From a virus, in IMG/VR virus record IMGVR_UViG_3300030430_004473, positions 1-64,000 of that record: DNA of 64,000 nt, one strand, 5' to 3'. A program made the translations under genes and the position numbers. Shown piece by piece: positions 28,258 to 39,812 of this stretch; within the stretch, counting starts at the first letter, position 1, and every line of letters starts with the position of its first letter. The notes below the pieces were generated by a model. The model did no database searches and was not told where the DNA came from. It saw only the letters and a program-made list of their open reading frames with translations.

Positions 28258-31200
28258 ATGGCTTCATTGTATTCAATCGCAGCTAGCATGAACATAGATG
28301 TAAAGCAGTTTAAGAGTCAGTTAGGATCGGCTCAAAAAAGCTTAAATATGTTTCAAAACAGTTTAGGTGCAGTAAACAAAGCTATGGGTGCTATTGCGAT
28401 TGGTGGATTAGCAGCTATAACCGCTGGACTAGGTAAGTTAGCAAAACAGACAGTACAGACAGGCATGGCCTTTGAAAAGTCTATGGCTCAATTAGCTGCA
28501 GTAAAAGGTTTCACAGACGGATCGGCAGAAGCTGAAAGAGGAATAAAGAAACTAGAAAAGACCGCTAGAGAGTTAGGAAAGAGCACGGCATATTCGGCTA
28601 CGCAAGCTTCAGACGCTATGATTGAGTTAGGTCGTGCCGGTTTAACAGCTGCAGAAATCTCTGGTGCGATAGCTCCAAGTTTATTTCTAGCCGGTTCGAG
28701 TGCTAGTGATCTAACAAGTGCAACGTCTTTAATGGCAGCTACAATGAAACAGTTCTCATTAGATACGTCAGACGCTTCAAGAGTTGCAGATGTGTTTACG
28801 ATAGCCCAACAGGAAACCATGCTATCTATGGAATCGTTGACAAATGCTATGAAGTTCGCTGGTACCGTTGGATCGGCTATGAGTATGTCACTAGAAGAAA
28901 CAACAGCTGCAGTGGGTATGTTTCGAGATCTAGGGGTGCAAGGTGCTACGGCTGGTACACAGTTTAGACAGATGATGATATCTCTAGCGAATCCAACAAA
29001 AAAGGCTCAAGATACACTGGAAAAGTTTGGTCTAACTGTAGATGATGTGAATCCACAAGTTAAAGGTTTCAGAGGAATCTTAGAAACATTAGCAAAATCC
29101 AATATGGATCTAGCAGATATAACGAATCTAGTAAGCAAAAGAGCTTCAGCTTCGGTCACAAAGTTGGTTTCTCAGTTCAAAGCAGCTCAGAATAGTGTTG
29201 AAGGAACCACGTTCAAATATGATGATTTGTTACAGAAATTTGAAGAAGGCGGTGGTAGAGCAGAAACGACATACAATGCTATGATTGATAATGTAGCTGG
29301 TCGTTTTGATATATTGAAGTCAGCATTTGAAGAATTTCAATTAACAATATATGACACGTTTTCAGAACCTTTGAAAGAAGTTATTGGCGGTGATGATACA
29401 AGCGGTTTAATCGGTTTGGTGAATACGTTTACAGAAACCTTTCAAGCTAGTGGTGCAGTGTTCCAACAAATGTTTTCAGAAATGTTTGGAGAAACACTAC
29501 AGAACATCAATCAGAATCAGACAGAAATAGCTGCTGGTTTTATTTCGATCATATCATCAGCTGTTAAATTAGGTCAAACAGTTGTGAGTTTGGTGCCTCA
29601 CTTCGTGACGTTGTTCAAAGTAGCAGTAGCGTGGATAGTCACCGCCAAAATATTTGCATTTGCTAAAGCGTTAGTTGTTATGGTTACTGGTATTAAGGCC
29701 GGTATAGTTGCATTTGGTGGCCTCAGGGCAGCTACTATGGCGTTTATAGCTGCGAGTGGGGGTATCCTACCTTTGATAGCTGCGTTTGCTACATTAGTAA
29801 CGATTATAACAAGTTTCGCAGTAGCAAGTAGTAAAGCAGCAAAAGAACAGGCAAACGTAACAGAATCTATAAATTCTTCTCGAGACGCCATAGCTAGATT
29901 CAACAAAGAAAGAGTATCCGGAGAAAGAGGAGCCGGTCAAGGTGTTGGAACAGGTATAGAAAGAACAAAAAATCTCAATGCAATCGAGCAACAAATACAT
30001 TTAGAAGGTCAATTAACTGATGAATTGAAAAGAGGTTTTAATACTCTTGATAATATGACCGAAGCTCAAGAAAATAAAGCGATAGCAGACGGCAAAATGT
30101 TTTCTATTCTGGTTGGTGGTAAGCAAATATTAGTCGATCATGCTCAAGCTCTTCGTTTGGAAAATACAGCATTGAACGAAAATGGTGCTATTTCTGATCA
30201 GTTGGTTCAGAAACAAGAGGCTATCAACAAAGCTAGAGAAGAAGCAACCGCTCAATATAAAGCAGATCGCCAAGCGATAGAAGATGTCAAAGAAGCTATC
30301 AGAGTATATAACGAGGAAAATGATAGTGGAAGAACCTTGTCGCAAGCTGTAGCAAGAGCATCAGGTAACTTTTCACAAGAGCTACAAAAAGTTGCTTACA
30401 ACGGTAATAATGCCGAAGAAGTTCTACAACAAATGATCAACAAGTTAGGAGCAGCTGAACAAGGATTTGTCAGAGCAGATCAAGCAGCTGATAACTTTAA
30501 TGAACAATTGGCCCAGGCCGAAGAACAACGAAGAAAACAAGAGGCTGAGGCCGAACAAAAAGCAGCTGAAGAAAAGAAGAAAAAAAGAGCTGATGATTTC
30601 AAAAAACGTCAAAAAGAAATGAAGAAAGCAATTGAAGCTCGAATAAAACTAGAACAGAAATTGCAAGATCAAATAGATGTTATTCGAGCAAAAGATTCAG
30701 ATAAAGCGAGCGTACTACTACAACAACGATTCAACGAAGTTCGTAAAGTATATAATGAAGAGCTGAAGTTTATCGGTTCGAATTTAGCAAAACGTAGACA
30801 GTTAGAATTAGATTATTTACAGACGATAACACTACTCACAGAAGAAGCTAACGCCAAACGATTACAAGGTTTGATTGATACAGCTGAACAAGTCGAACAA
30901 CAGAATGAATTTTATGGAAAAAATGAAATTCAAAGAATCCGAGAACAAACAAAAGCAAGGATCGATCAATTAAAAGAAGAACGTGATGAAATCATAAAGA
31001 ATAATGAAACTCTAGCGAATGAGAGAGTAGGACAAATCATAACGGATATGGACTCCGGTGCTCTTAGTGGTGAAGAAGCTGATGTTGCTATGGCAGAAAC
31101 AGATAGTCAGTTAGCAGCCGGAAACCTAGAAGCTGAAAAAGCATTTATTCAAGCTCGAAATGCAGTGCAGTTACAGGGCGGTAGAGAGTTAGCAGAAGCT

Positions 31201-33441
31201 TTAGAAGCTATAGATAACGAAATAGCTCAGAGTAGATTAGACGTAGCAAAACAAAGCGTTTTACAAGAGTTAGAGGCCAATCAACAAGTTGCGGTACAGA
31301 GATTAAAAGAAGCTGGTGCTACGAACGCTCAGTTGGAAAAGTTAGAAGCTATACATAGACAACAAAGATTAAATGCAGAAGAAGAATTAATAAGCCAGTT
31401 TGTGAAACCGTATGGAGAATACACTGATCAGATTGACAAATTAAATAAGAAATCGAACAGTGCTTTTTTGAAAGGAGCTAGAGAAAGAGCAACGAGAGAA
31501 GTAGAATTCTTAGAAGAAAAAATAAAACTTGAAGAAGAATTAGCTAGAGTGAGAGCCGAAACAGCTGGTCTATCAGAAGAAGATCAAGCTTCAGCAGTTG
31601 GTAGAGTTCAATCAGAAATCGATCAATTAACAGAGTCATTTGAAAAGTCTACGTCATTTCTAGGTAAGTTTAAAGAAGGTCTAGCAACAATAGGAATCAA
31701 GTCTATTCAAGCATTAGGCAAAGCGTTCCAGAAGTTCGGAAGTTTAGCTGCTGGTGCTTTGCAAGGTGTAATATCACTGGGTAACAATCTATTATCTACG
31801 TTTACTGGTGGGACCGAAATCAATCCGTTTCAAATGATCACTGGTGCAGCTGGAGATCAAGTAGCTCAACAGGAAGAACAACAAGGCCAATTGGATGAAG
31901 CTTTAGCAAGTGGTCAAATAACACAGGAACAGTTTGACGAACGATCTCAACAGTTAGTAGATCCAGCTGAAATAGCCAAAGAGTTTGTAGGTAATATCGT
32001 ATCAGAAGCTAAGAATATGGCTATGGCTATTGCTACACAAGCTCCGTTGATTATAGCCGAGTTAGCCGTTGCTATTCCGGAATTGGTTGATCTGTTAGTC
32101 GAGAATATTCCTAAAGTCATAATAGCTTTGGGTGAAGGTTTGCCTACTGTAGTTCTGGCATTGATAGACGGAATCATAGAATTACTTCCGGTACTCGCAG
32201 ACGCTTTATTGAATAATGCGTTGCCAAATATCATAGACGGAATAGTGGTTTTACTTACTGAAAAACTACCAGAGTTAGCTGATACACTTCTTCCGATTGT
32301 TACAGATCTAGTAGAGTTTATTGTTACTGAAGCTCCGAAGATTGTAGATGCGTTAATTGAAGCTCTACCTGATGTTGTAGACTTTTTGGTTCAAGGTGTA
32401 ACTGAAATATTGACTGGTATTCCTAAATTATTAAAGACATTACTCGGTGCTATTCCTACAATCATCACCGAATTATTAGGTGGTGTATCTGAATTGGTTA
32501 TGGCAGTTTTTGACGCAGTTCCGTTGATTATAGAAGAAGTGATCAAAGCTCTACCTGATATCATCAGTTCTTTAATTCGTGGTATTTTAGACGTTATTGT
32601 AGCGATAGCCCAAGCACTTCCAGGCCTCATCAACGAGATTATTAATTTATTGCCTCTTTTGTTAGAAGGTATTTTGACATTAATTCCGGAAATTATAATT
32701 GCTCTGGTTGAAGCTTTGCCTCTTATTATTGAAGGTTTGATCAAAGGTTTGCCGGACTTGATAACTACTTTAATTACATTAGTTCCTCAAGTTGTATTTG
32801 CTATTATTAAAGCATTACCGCAAATAGCTGTTGTTTTGATACAGACTATTTTCACTCTTGCATTGGTCGAAATACCTAAATTGGTCGTCTTATTAGTTGA
32901 AGAAGTGTTGAAAGGTATAGGACAAGGAATAAAACAGTTATTTGTAGAAATAGGAGATTTCTTTTCTGGATTTGGCGATAGTATTACAGAAGCTTTAGAT
33001 AGTCTAAAGGTCTTTTTCAAAGATGTAATCAAAGAAATCGTATCGTTAGGAGCTAAAGAAACAGAAACGTTTGGAGATACGCCTGGCCCTATTGTAGCCG
33101 GTTCTAGTGGTTTTACGGCTAGTTTCGCACCGAATGACTATATAATAGCAGCTCAACGCCCAATGGACTTGATGAAACAAGCTATGCAAGCATTAGGTTC
33201 ATCAATTCCGAAGTCAGTAACAAATTCAGTAGCTCAAGCGTTTCCTCCTCAATCATCAAATGAATCTAGTAGAGGTTCAACAACAAACGTGAATATTATA
33301 GCTGAAGGTAGATTGTTAGATGAAATACAAATAACGGCTTTGGATAGAGGCCATGCTCCAAAACTAGAAAGAAAGTTGAAGAAAAATCGAGGTACGAAAG
33401 TAGGTTTTGACAGAGGGCGATTTAATCTTTTTGGAAAATAA
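28258..33441 (+). CDS. tape measure protein (TP901-like)
   Basis: 1727 aa; ARELGKSTAYSATQAS, AGTQFR; C-terminal amphipathic periodic repeats. Confidence 0.92.
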   Translation: MASLYSIAASMNIDVKQFKSQLGSAQKSLNMFQNSLGAVNKAMGAIAIGGLAAITAGLGKLAKQTVQTGMAFEKSMAQLAAVKGFTDGSAEAERGIKKLEKTARELGKSTAYSATQASDAMIELGRAGLTAAEISGAIAPSLFLAGSSASDLTSATSLMAATMKQFSLDTSDASRVADVFTIAQQETMLSMESLTNAMKFAGTVGSAMSMSLEETTAAVGMFRDLGVQGATAGTQFRQMMISLANPTKKAQDTLEKFGLTVDDVNPQVKGFRGILETLAKSNMDLADITNLVSKRASASVTKLVSQFKAAQNSVEGTTFKYDDLLQKFEEGGGRAETTYNAMIDNVAGRFDILKSAFEEFQLTIYDTFSEPLKEVIGGDDTSGLIGLVNTFTETFQASGAVFQQMFSEMFGETLQNINQNQTEIAAGFISIISSAVKLGQTVVSLVPHFVTLFKVAVAWIVTAKIFAFAKALVVMVTGIKAGIVAFGGLRAATMAFIAASGGILPLIAAFATLVTIITSFAVASSKAAKEQANVTESINSSRDAIARFNKERVSGERGAGQGVGTGIERTKNLNAIEQQIHLEGQLTDELKRGFNTLDNMTEAQENKAIADGKMFSILVGGKQILVDHAQALRLENTALNENGAISDQLVQKQEAINKAREEATAQYKADRQAIEDVKEAIRVYNEENDSGRTLSQAVARASGNFSQELQKVAYNGNNAEEVLQQMINKLGAAEQGFVRADQAADNFNEQLAQAEEQRRKQEAEAEQKAAEEKKKKRADDFKKRQKEMKKAIEARIKLEQKLQDQIDVIRAKDSDKASVLLQQRFNEVRKVYNEELKFIGSNLAKRRQLELDYLQTITLLTEEANAKRLQGLIDTAEQVEQQNEFYGKNEIQRIREQTKARIDQLKEERDEIIKNNETLANERVGQIITDMDSGALSGEEADVAMAETDSQLAAGNLEAEKAFIQARNAVQLQGGRELAEALEAIDNEIAQSRLDVAKQSVLQELEANQQVAVQRLKEAGATNAQLEKLEAIHRQQRLNAEEELISQFVKPYGEYTDQIDKLNKKSNSAFLKGARERATREVEFLEEKIKLEEELARVRAETAGLSEEDQASAVGRVQSEIDQLTESFEKSTSFLGKFKEGLATIGIKSIQALGKAFQKFGSLAAGALQGVISLGNNLLSTFTGGTEINPFQMITGAAGDQVAQQEEQQGQLDEALASGQITQEQFDERSQQLVDPAEIAKEFVGNIVSEAKNMAMAIATQAPLIIAELAVAIPELVDLLVENIPKVIIALGEGLPTVVLALIDGIIELLPVLADALLNNALPNIIDGIVVLLTEKLPELADTLLPIVTDLVEFIVTEAPKIVDALIEALPDVVDFLVQGVTEILTGIPKLLKTLLGAIPTIITELLGGVSELVMAVFDAVPLIIEEVIKALPDIISSLIRGILDVIVAIAQALPGLINEIINLLPLLLEGILTLIPEIIIALVEALPLIIEGLIKGLPDLITTLITLVPQVVFAIIKALPQIAVVLIQTIFTLALVEIPKLVVLLVEEVLKGIGQGIKQLFVEIGDFFSGFGDSITEALDSLKVFFKDVIKEIVSLGAKETETFGDTPGPIVAGSSGFTASFAPNDYIIAAQRPMDLMKQAMQALGSSIPKSVTNSVAQAFPPQSSNESSRGSTTNVNIIAEGRLLDEIQITALDRGHAPKLERKLKKNRGTKVGFDRGRFNLFGK

Positions 33442-33473
33442 TAAGTTATCATATAGAAAAAAAGGACACAAAC

Positions 33474-36400
33474 ATGCCTACACAACCTAGCAGTTTTTTT
33501 ATTGTACCGAGCTTACAAGACGCAGTATTTGACAACGATCAAACAAATTCGCAAGGTGGTATCAGTTTTGGGGTAGGAATAGGAAGCTCAACAAATGTAG
33601 GTTCATTGAGCGTACTCGGAACAGGAACGCCATCAACAAATTCACCGGCAGATCTGACATTAAGAGTACAGGATAGTGGATCACTGAATGAAACAACGTT
33701 TTTATACAAGCAATCCAATGAAGCTGATTCTCTCTACAAAGGTGAACACGATAGACGTTATAGTCATCTACACAGTACGCCTTTTCCATATCAATCGTTA
33801 GACGATCCTAACTATTACGGATATGGAATGTGTTTGGGTTATGTAGGAATAAATGACACTGAGTTTGTTGTAATAGTCGATCAATATAATATTCATCAAG
33901 TGGTCATATCTTATAGACAAATAGCTACTTCAGATCTGTATACTTTTGACGGTGGTTGGAATAAAACAACATTGAATCTTCGTAGTCTTTTCAATCGTGG
34001 TATTGATTCGTCTGGTGCAGCTGCAACCGCAGTAGTACAAATGGCCTCATGTACTCTACAGACTGGAAAAGCATTGATATTTGTTAGATACAACAATGAT
34101 ATTGATGTTTATACAACGTCAAACGGAATAACGTGGCAATTGATAGCAGAACAGATTTTAGGTCGTTTTTTAGATATAGAACAACGGAATAGAATCACGT
34201 TGAAGAATCTTCAAGCAGCTGCTTCGAGTAACTTTGTAAAGATAGCATTGACAATATTTCAGAACGCAAATGATCATGTTGGAATTCTAACTTCATCAGA
34301 TAACGGTTTGACATGGACTTTAACAGATAAAGAGCTTACTGTAGCAGGTCAAAGCTCGCAATCCGGTTTTGATAGATATTCTTTTTCATTGTGTTCGTTA
34401 GGAAACTCGGGCGGTTTTTTACTAGCAAATGCAAACAATGTATTAAATATAATTGAAGTCTTTCATTGTAATGGAGCTAACAGCTTTTCGAAGAAGTCAA
34501 ATTTATCGGTTACATATCCGGTATACCAAACATTTGCACCGTTAGTAGCACTATGTGAAGGGGTTGATAGTGTCATATTATTTTTGGATGGGGTGTATCA
34601 ACCTACATGGTTATTAGAACCTGTTTCTTCGCCAAATAAAGAATTGTTGGATATTTTTCCAAATGCCGGCAATACCGGTGTAGGAAATGATAAAGAAACG
34701 TTTGGACTAGAACAGAATATTTTTGAAATGAAGTTGAATCAGAATATAGATACAGCTACGTTTCGAGACTTAGGACAATATCCGTTTGAACATGAAACTA
34801 CAACAGTAACAGAACAAGTAGTAGAGCCTGTAGCATTTTCTATTCTTACAGGTCAACCAATAACAGAAACAGTAACAACAGAAAAACCGTTTAGATACCC
34901 ATCTCAAACAACCGGCTTTCAAGGGGTTCGTAATTTCAAATGGCAACGATTAAGAATGATCAAAATAGGGGCCGGTATTGCTCTTTGCACTCGATTAAGA
35001 ATAGCTAACCTTACTGGTAATGCTGGAGAAGTAGGTGGTCTATTATATTTGAGATATGGAGGTTTTGATACTCGGCCTACAAATGACGTTTATGATTCTG
35101 TAAGACAAGGAGAAAAAGGACATCCGATCAACAATCATCAACAGACATATATTTTATTTTTGATAGAATGGTATTCATGGTGTGGATCTCCAGCTGGTGT
35201 CATAGATACAAGTGAAAATTCAAAATGGGCGTTATATCGAAATGTAGCAACAATGAAAAGTTTTGTAGATCGATTATTGATTATGAATAATGGAACAGTA
35301 GATCAACAATTATGGTTTGAATATAGACCAACGAGATCCTATTCTTCTACTACTCCGTTACTAGATTCTTATGTAACCCCTGAAAGAAATTGGTTTTTTG
35401 CAACAAATAATTTAGCTTTCGATCCGGTTGAAGATGGTACGCCCGCAGACAAACGATATAAATGGTCTAGTGGTTGTGTACTAGAATGGTGCGTAAATGT
35501 TAGCAGTACTTTAACAGAACCTTCGGGGCCTTTTCCAAATAGAGAGGGTCAATGTGCTATCTATATTGAAGGATATAGATTTAGTTTAAGCGCTCCCACA
35601 GCTGGAAGTTCTAGTGTATCAGCTGCGTTAGAAATCAGAATGTTCAAAGATTCTGTTTTTATATTTGATCATGGTAGCAATTCAATAGTAGAAACATTGA
35701 ATATAACAACAACAGGAAGAAATTTATCTGATAGCTATTTTGAATTTAAGTTAGCAATCATGCCAGTATCTCCAACGTCAAATTCAGCTCAATACATACT
35801 TCAATGCAGACCGTTAGGAAGTTCATCATACGTTACTTCAGCTAAGAGGACAGTAACAACAACGAGCACGCCAATAACAGCTAGTGATCCAGATGAAAAT
35901 TATTATCAACAAAGAATCAAGTTTGGAATGTTGAGCGTTACAAACGCAAACATCACTGACGGAACAAGTCAAAACTGGAAATATGTTCGTTTACATCCAT
36001 GTAATGACTTTGATCTTTTTGCAATAAATGGAACAATTTCATATCGATCAGTACCGAATATATTGAGAGGTTTTAACATAACGAATAACTTGATTTATTT
36101 ACAAGATGGGCAGAGTGTTTTGTGGTCCGGTTCGAGTGGTGCTGAAGCTGATACATTTGAGCTGAAACCGGAATATGCAAATTCATGTAGCAACATATTG
36201 CATTTTGATAATCCGAGACAACAATGGAGATCAGCTGGTTTAACAGACAACATTCAAACAGTGTTCTCCAGGCCGACAAAGAACGGAAAAATACAGAAAG
36301 ATTTTATAAGTGGTTTTTCTATAATAGGAACAAACGCAACATCAGTTCAATTAGCGAGTCAAGTCAATAGCTCTTCAAGCTTTACCACACAAGCTACAAT

Positions 36401-37205
36401 CAATTTAGAACGTGCTAGGGCTAGAGTCACAACAACAGTAACCGAAGGACAAACAATGGAGCTAGAATTTGATTCTGGTTTTCATCCGTATGCTGGTGAA
36501 TTTCAATCTGGTAGAGGTTCCGGTGAAATAAAGTATTATGCTCGATTTGGAACATTAGGAGGAGGATCAGCAAATATAAGCTTGAATGATCATCATGAAG
36601 TGCTAGATCATTTTGAAGATCCAAGTAGTTCAAAACAAAATATACAGTTATCAGATTTGGCAACGAATTCCACGATAGGGGCCGGTACAACCTTGATCAT
36701 ATATGGAGATAGAGGTTACGCATGTTTCAGTGGAATCAGAGATAATACTTCATATCGAATCAAAGCAGTAGGAACAGCTAACGAAGTAGAAGGGTATTTG
36801 TATGCTGGAACGATATGCGTAGGTAATACGTTGCAAATAGATCCTGTATTAAATTGGCAACATACTGTAGCGGTCCAGTCCAATAATACCGAGTTTAAGA
36901 CGAGAGCTGGAATAGAATGGTCATATAACGAGGGTCCGAGTCGTAGACAGTTAAATGGTACTATTGTGGGTGATGTAACTGAACAAATGCGTAACCGATT
37001 AAAGAACACAATCAGAAGAGCTACAGACTTTAATAGTAGATCGTTGTTGTTTGTTCTACAAGATGGGGTTCAAGATACAGATATGATCTATTATGGAAAA
37101 GTAGAAGTAGGAACAAATGAAAATGCCGGCTATTACTATGATACAGAAGCTCAGCAGTGGAGATCAGTGGGGAATATGACACTGACGATCATAGAAAATA
37201 CATAA
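33474..37205 (+). CDS. large tail-tip protein (evolved Dit-like) with Asp-box beta-propeller
   Basis: Follows tape measure; TTSNGITW and SSDNGLTW Asp-boxes; beta-rich. Confidence 0.6.
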   Translation: MPTQPSSFFIVPSLQDAVFDNDQTNSQGGISFGVGIGSSTNVGSLSVLGTGTPSTNSPADLTLRVQDSGSLNETTFLYKQSNEADSLYKGEHDRRYSHLHSTPFPYQSLDDPNYYGYGMCLGYVGINDTEFVVIVDQYNIHQVVISYRQIATSDLYTFDGGWNKTTLNLRSLFNRGIDSSGAAATAVVQMASCTLQTGKALIFVRYNNDIDVYTTSNGITWQLIAEQILGRFLDIEQRNRITLKNLQAAASSNFVKIALTIFQNANDHVGILTSSDNGLTWTLTDKELTVAGQSSQSGFDRYSFSLCSLGNSGGFLLANANNVLNIIEVFHCNGANSFSKKSNLSVTYPVYQTFAPLVALCEGVDSVILFLDGVYQPTWLLEPVSSPNKELLDIFPNAGNTGVGNDKETFGLEQNIFEMKLNQNIDTATFRDLGQYPFEHETTTVTEQVVEPVAFSILTGQPITETVTTEKPFRYPSQTTGFQGVRNFKWQRLRMIKIGAGIALCTRLRIANLTGNAGEVGGLLYLRYGGFDTRPTNDVYDSVRQGEKGHPINNHQQTYILFLIEWYSWCGSPAGVIDTSENSKWALYRNVATMKSFVDRLLIMNNGTVDQQLWFEYRPTRSYSSTTPLLDSYVTPERNWFFATNNLAFDPVEDGTPADKRYKWSSGCVLEWCVNVSSTLTEPSGPFPNREGQCAIYIEGYRFSLSAPTAGSSSVSAALEIRMFKDSVFIFDHGSNSIVETLNITTTGRNLSDSYFEFKLAIMPVSPTSNSAQYILQCRPLGSSSYVTSAKRTVTTTSTPITASDPDENYYQQRIKFGMLSVTNANITDGTSQNWKYVRLHPCNDFDLFAINGTISYRSVPNILRGFNITNNLIYLQDGQSVLWSGSSGAEADTFELKPEYANSCSNILHFDNPRQQWRSAGLTDNIQTVFSRPTKNGKIQKDFISGFSIIGTNATSVQLASQVNSSSSFTTQATINLERARARVTTTVTEGQTMELEFDSGFHPYAGEFQSGRGSGEIKYYARFGTLGGGSANISLNDHHEVLDHFEDPSSSKQNIQLSDLATNSTIGAGTTLIIYGDRGYACFSGIRDNTSYRIKAVGTANEVEGYLYAGTICVGNTLQIDPVLNWQHTVAVQSNNTEFKTRAGIEWSYNEGPSRRQLNGTIVGDVTEQMRNRLKNTIRRATDFNSRSLLFVLQDGVQDTDMIYYGKVEVGTNENAGYYYDTEAQQWRSVGNMTLTIIENT

Positions 37206-37231
37206 AAAATGAATTTATTTTATATTTTTAT

Positions 37232-37260
37232 TTGACAAATAATAACACAGATCGTATAAT
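37232..37260 (+). promoter_or_regulatory. consensus sigma70 promoter opening an early-gene island
   Basis: TTGACA-17-TATAAT. Confidence 0.85.
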
Positions 37261-37285
37261 AAGAATGTATTCAACGGAGGTTCTT

Positions 37286-37582
37286 ATGTCAATCAAAACA
37301 CAAATCATCAATCTAGCTAACAAGCTTGCTATCAATGTAGATCTAACTGATCTAACTGGTGAAGAGCTACAATGGTTGTATAACGATTTATGTCAAGAGG
37401 AAATGGCTTTGTATCGAGATACATGTCATTACTATGGTGTTGATTCTTTGGGTCCAGATGATGAAGCTGGTCTTAATGACAATGAAGAAGAAACTATAAA
37501 TATGTCAGAAGCTGATTTGAAAGATATCGGCTTCAGAGAGTTATCAGCTGAAGAAAAAGCAGAAATCTTAAAGCGATTATAA
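37286..37582 (+). CDS. acidic hypothetical protein
   Basis: CAACGGAGG RBS before ATG 37286. Confidence 0.7.
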   Translation: MSIKTQIINLANKLAINVDLTDLTGEELQWLYNDLCQEEMALYRDTCHYYGVDSLGPDDEAGLNDNEEETINMSEADLKDIGFRELSAEEKAEILKRL

Positions 37583-37630
37583 TCGCTTTCTATATCATAT
37601 TATATTAACTAAATAAAAACGGAGTTTATT

Positions 37631-38077
37631 ATGAATTATCAAAAAGAATTAGAGTTAGTCTACTGGATGGCAGTAACAGATCGCTGTGAAGAGTGGAAAA
37701 CAAAGAAAGGTATGATAGAATTCTATCAATACCTCAAAACAAAAAAGCGAGTTGTCAAAGCTTTATCGTCTATAGGAATTGATATTGACGAGGAAATCAA
37801 AGCTATAAAGAAACTCACTTATAAAACAAATCGTGTTTGGTGGGGAGATACCAATTTGATCAATCCAGAGGGACTTATTTCTTTTGACGGAAGAGATGAT
37901 GTTTTTGAAAGGTTTGGTTATGAGCCTGCTACGGTTAAAGTAGCGAAAGCTCTCGGTAGATTTTCTCTTGAATATCTCGGTGAAGAATATGATAAGCACG
38001 TTGCTGAAAAGAAAGCAAAAGAAGAAGCTGCAAAGAAAAAGAAAGAAGAACGAAGAAAAAGAAGATCTAAAAAGTAA
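37631..38077 (+). CDS. hypothetical protein
   Basis: AACGGAG RBS. Confidence 0.7.
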   Translation: MNYQKELELVYWMAVTDRCEEWKTKKGMIEFYQYLKTKKRVVKALSSIGIDIDEEIKAIKKLTYKTNRVWWGDTNLINPEGLISFDGRDDVFERFGYEPATVKVAKALGRFSLEYLGEEYDKHVAEKKAKEEAAKKKKEERRKRRSKK

Positions 38078-38118
38078 TATACATTGTCTTATAATAGTAT
38101 CTAGCAACGGAGCTTAAT

Positions 38119-38631
38119 ATGAAAATCATAAACGAACGAAAATTGAACATAAAAGGTAGACATCCAACAATCTCTCTACCTTTTATAAGAGCATGGATAC
38201 AAGCTAGTCATACAGTTCTATCGTATCATGGCAGAACATTCGATTTGTATGATTATAGGTTCTTCATAAAAGATTTAAGTGAAAGTTCAGCATGGGGAAC
38301 GTGTAATAGTAAGAAAAAGACAATAAAACTCTCTACGAAGATAAAAACAGCTGAACAAATTGCTACTGTGATCTTGCATGAATGTATTCATGCGTCAATG
38401 TCGTGGGAAAAAGGTACGGATGAAAAGTGTACCTCTACACTGGTATCTAAATTAAAACCAACAGTAGCTATAATAGCTCAGACGTTAGTAGACAATACCT
38501 TCAAAAATGCAGCTTACATAGCTCATACGAAGGCCGGTATGTCTTACCCTACCAAAGATGGGAAAGACTTCTATGATAAAAATCAGTACGTTAATACTAA
38601 TGCAAAAGATAAATATAGATCTAAAAAATAA
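38119..38631 (+). CDS. SprT-like zincin metalloprotease
   Basis: WGTC..IKLS..VILHECIH. Confidence 0.65.
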   Translation: MKIINERKLNIKGRHPTISLPFIRAWIQASHTVLSYHGRTFDLYDYRFFIKDLSESSAWGTCNSKKKTIKLSTKIKTAEQIATVILHECIHASMSWEKGTDEKCTSTLVSKLKPTVAIIAQTLVDNTFKNAAYIAHTKAGMSYPTKDGKDFYDKNQYVNTNAKDKYRSKK

Positions 38632-38690
38632 CTACACAAATAATATATATTGTGTTATAATAATTAGGTATTTCAACAACGGAGAAAATT

Positions 38691-38963
38691 ATGAAGTATG
38701 TTTGGGTATGTCGTTATCAAAACTCACAGGGTGATGATATAGAAAGAGATATACGTGTAGATCATACATGTGCATTATTTGAAAGAGATTCCAACGACAG
38801 TGAAGATATTACTGTTGTAGTTGCTCTATTTGCTATGACTGGAAAGAAAGTCTGGGGAATAGCTGAAGTTTGTGGCAATACCTTAGAGCCACAATTTGAT
38901 ACCGGCCTGGCCGTGCCGGAGAAGTTTATCAAAGATATAGAAGAATATTATACTTTTCAATAG
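38691..38963 (+). CDS. hypothetical protein
   Basis: TGTGT-TATAAT and AACAACGGAG RBS. Confidence 0.7.
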   Translation: MKYVWVCRYQNSQGDDIERDIRVDHTCALFERDSNDSEDITVVVALFAMTGKKVWGIAEVCGNTLEPQFDTGLAVPEKFIKDIEEYYTFQ

Positions 38964-38972
38964 GAGATAATC

Positions 38973-39242
38973 ATGAGTAAATACAAAGAATATAAAGTAG
39001 AAGAAGAACATAAGAAACCAAATATAGAAGCTTTTTCAATAGAACAGTGCGAAGAGCATATAAAGGATCTGTATGTAGCTATCAATGTTTATACGTTGAA
39101 ACTTCATCAGATCACTGATTCTGTTGAACGTGGTCTAGTGCTAACGTGTACTCAGATCCAAATGTATCGTGAGCTGGATGAAACCTATCAACAATTAACC
39201 AAACTATTAAAGGAGAAAATAACATGTCTTATCAAACAATAA
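38973..39242 (+). CDS. hypothetical protein
   Basis: AGGAG RBS. Confidence 0.65.
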   Translation: MSKYKEYKVEEEHKKPNIEAFSIEQCEEHIKDLYVAINVYTLKLHQITDSVERGLVLTCTQIQMYRELDETYQQLTKLLKEKITCLIKQ

Positions 39243-39799
39243 TAAACGGAAGAACATTCCTTAGAAGAATCACAAAACAAGATTATCTGGACTTCTACAA
39301 AATAACAAAATTTAATGCTAGTGATAGAGTTACATCAATAGCTGTATTACTTCTAAACATAGAAGATCTTCTAGTAAAGAAATATGATGATCATATATTC
39401 GATTATACTACTGATTGGCATGACTGGTTTCAATCACTATCAAATACAATCGGTAATTCAGTTCATCTACTAACTTGGAAAAGTTTCGAACATGACAATG
39501 AGTTTTATTTGAGTTTTGAAGCTGGTTCGAAAACCGGATCAGTAGTTACTATGTCCTATGTTACTCGCATAGAAAGTCAATATGATGAATCTTTTTCGAA
39601 AGAATACGATAAGACACAGTTCATTTCTATTATAGATCTTGAAGATATTTCTAAATTGAGTACTGAATTTAGACAAGCAGCTCAATCTATTTTTCTTGTT
39701 TCTCAACAAAAAACGCTCAAAGTAGTACTTAATGATTATACTAAATTAAAGACAAAGCATGATAATGTTCAAAGCTTTTTCAGAGAAATCATTAAATAA
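39224..39799 (+). CDS. hypothetical protein
   Basis: AAGGAG RBS. Confidence 0.65.
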   Translation: MSYQTIINGRTFLRRITKQDYLDFYKITKFNASDRVTSIAVLLLNIEDLLVKKYDDHIFDYTTDWHDWFQSLSNTIGNSVHLLTWKSFEHDNEFYLSFEAGSKTGSVVTMSYVTRIESQYDESFSKEYDKTQFISIIDLEDISKLSTEFRQAAQSIFLVSQQKTLKVVLNDYTKLKTKHDNVQSFFREIIK

Positions 39800-39812
39800 T
39801 TCGAGGTTGATC

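Noticed and set aside
32000-32950. Periodic LP.II repeats
   Set aside because: Normal amphipathic periodicity of tape measure proteins.
28488-33485. Many minus-strand ORFs inside the tape measure and fibre genes
   Set aside because: Expected from codon bias of Ala/Ile-rich genes; no RBS or recognisable motifs.
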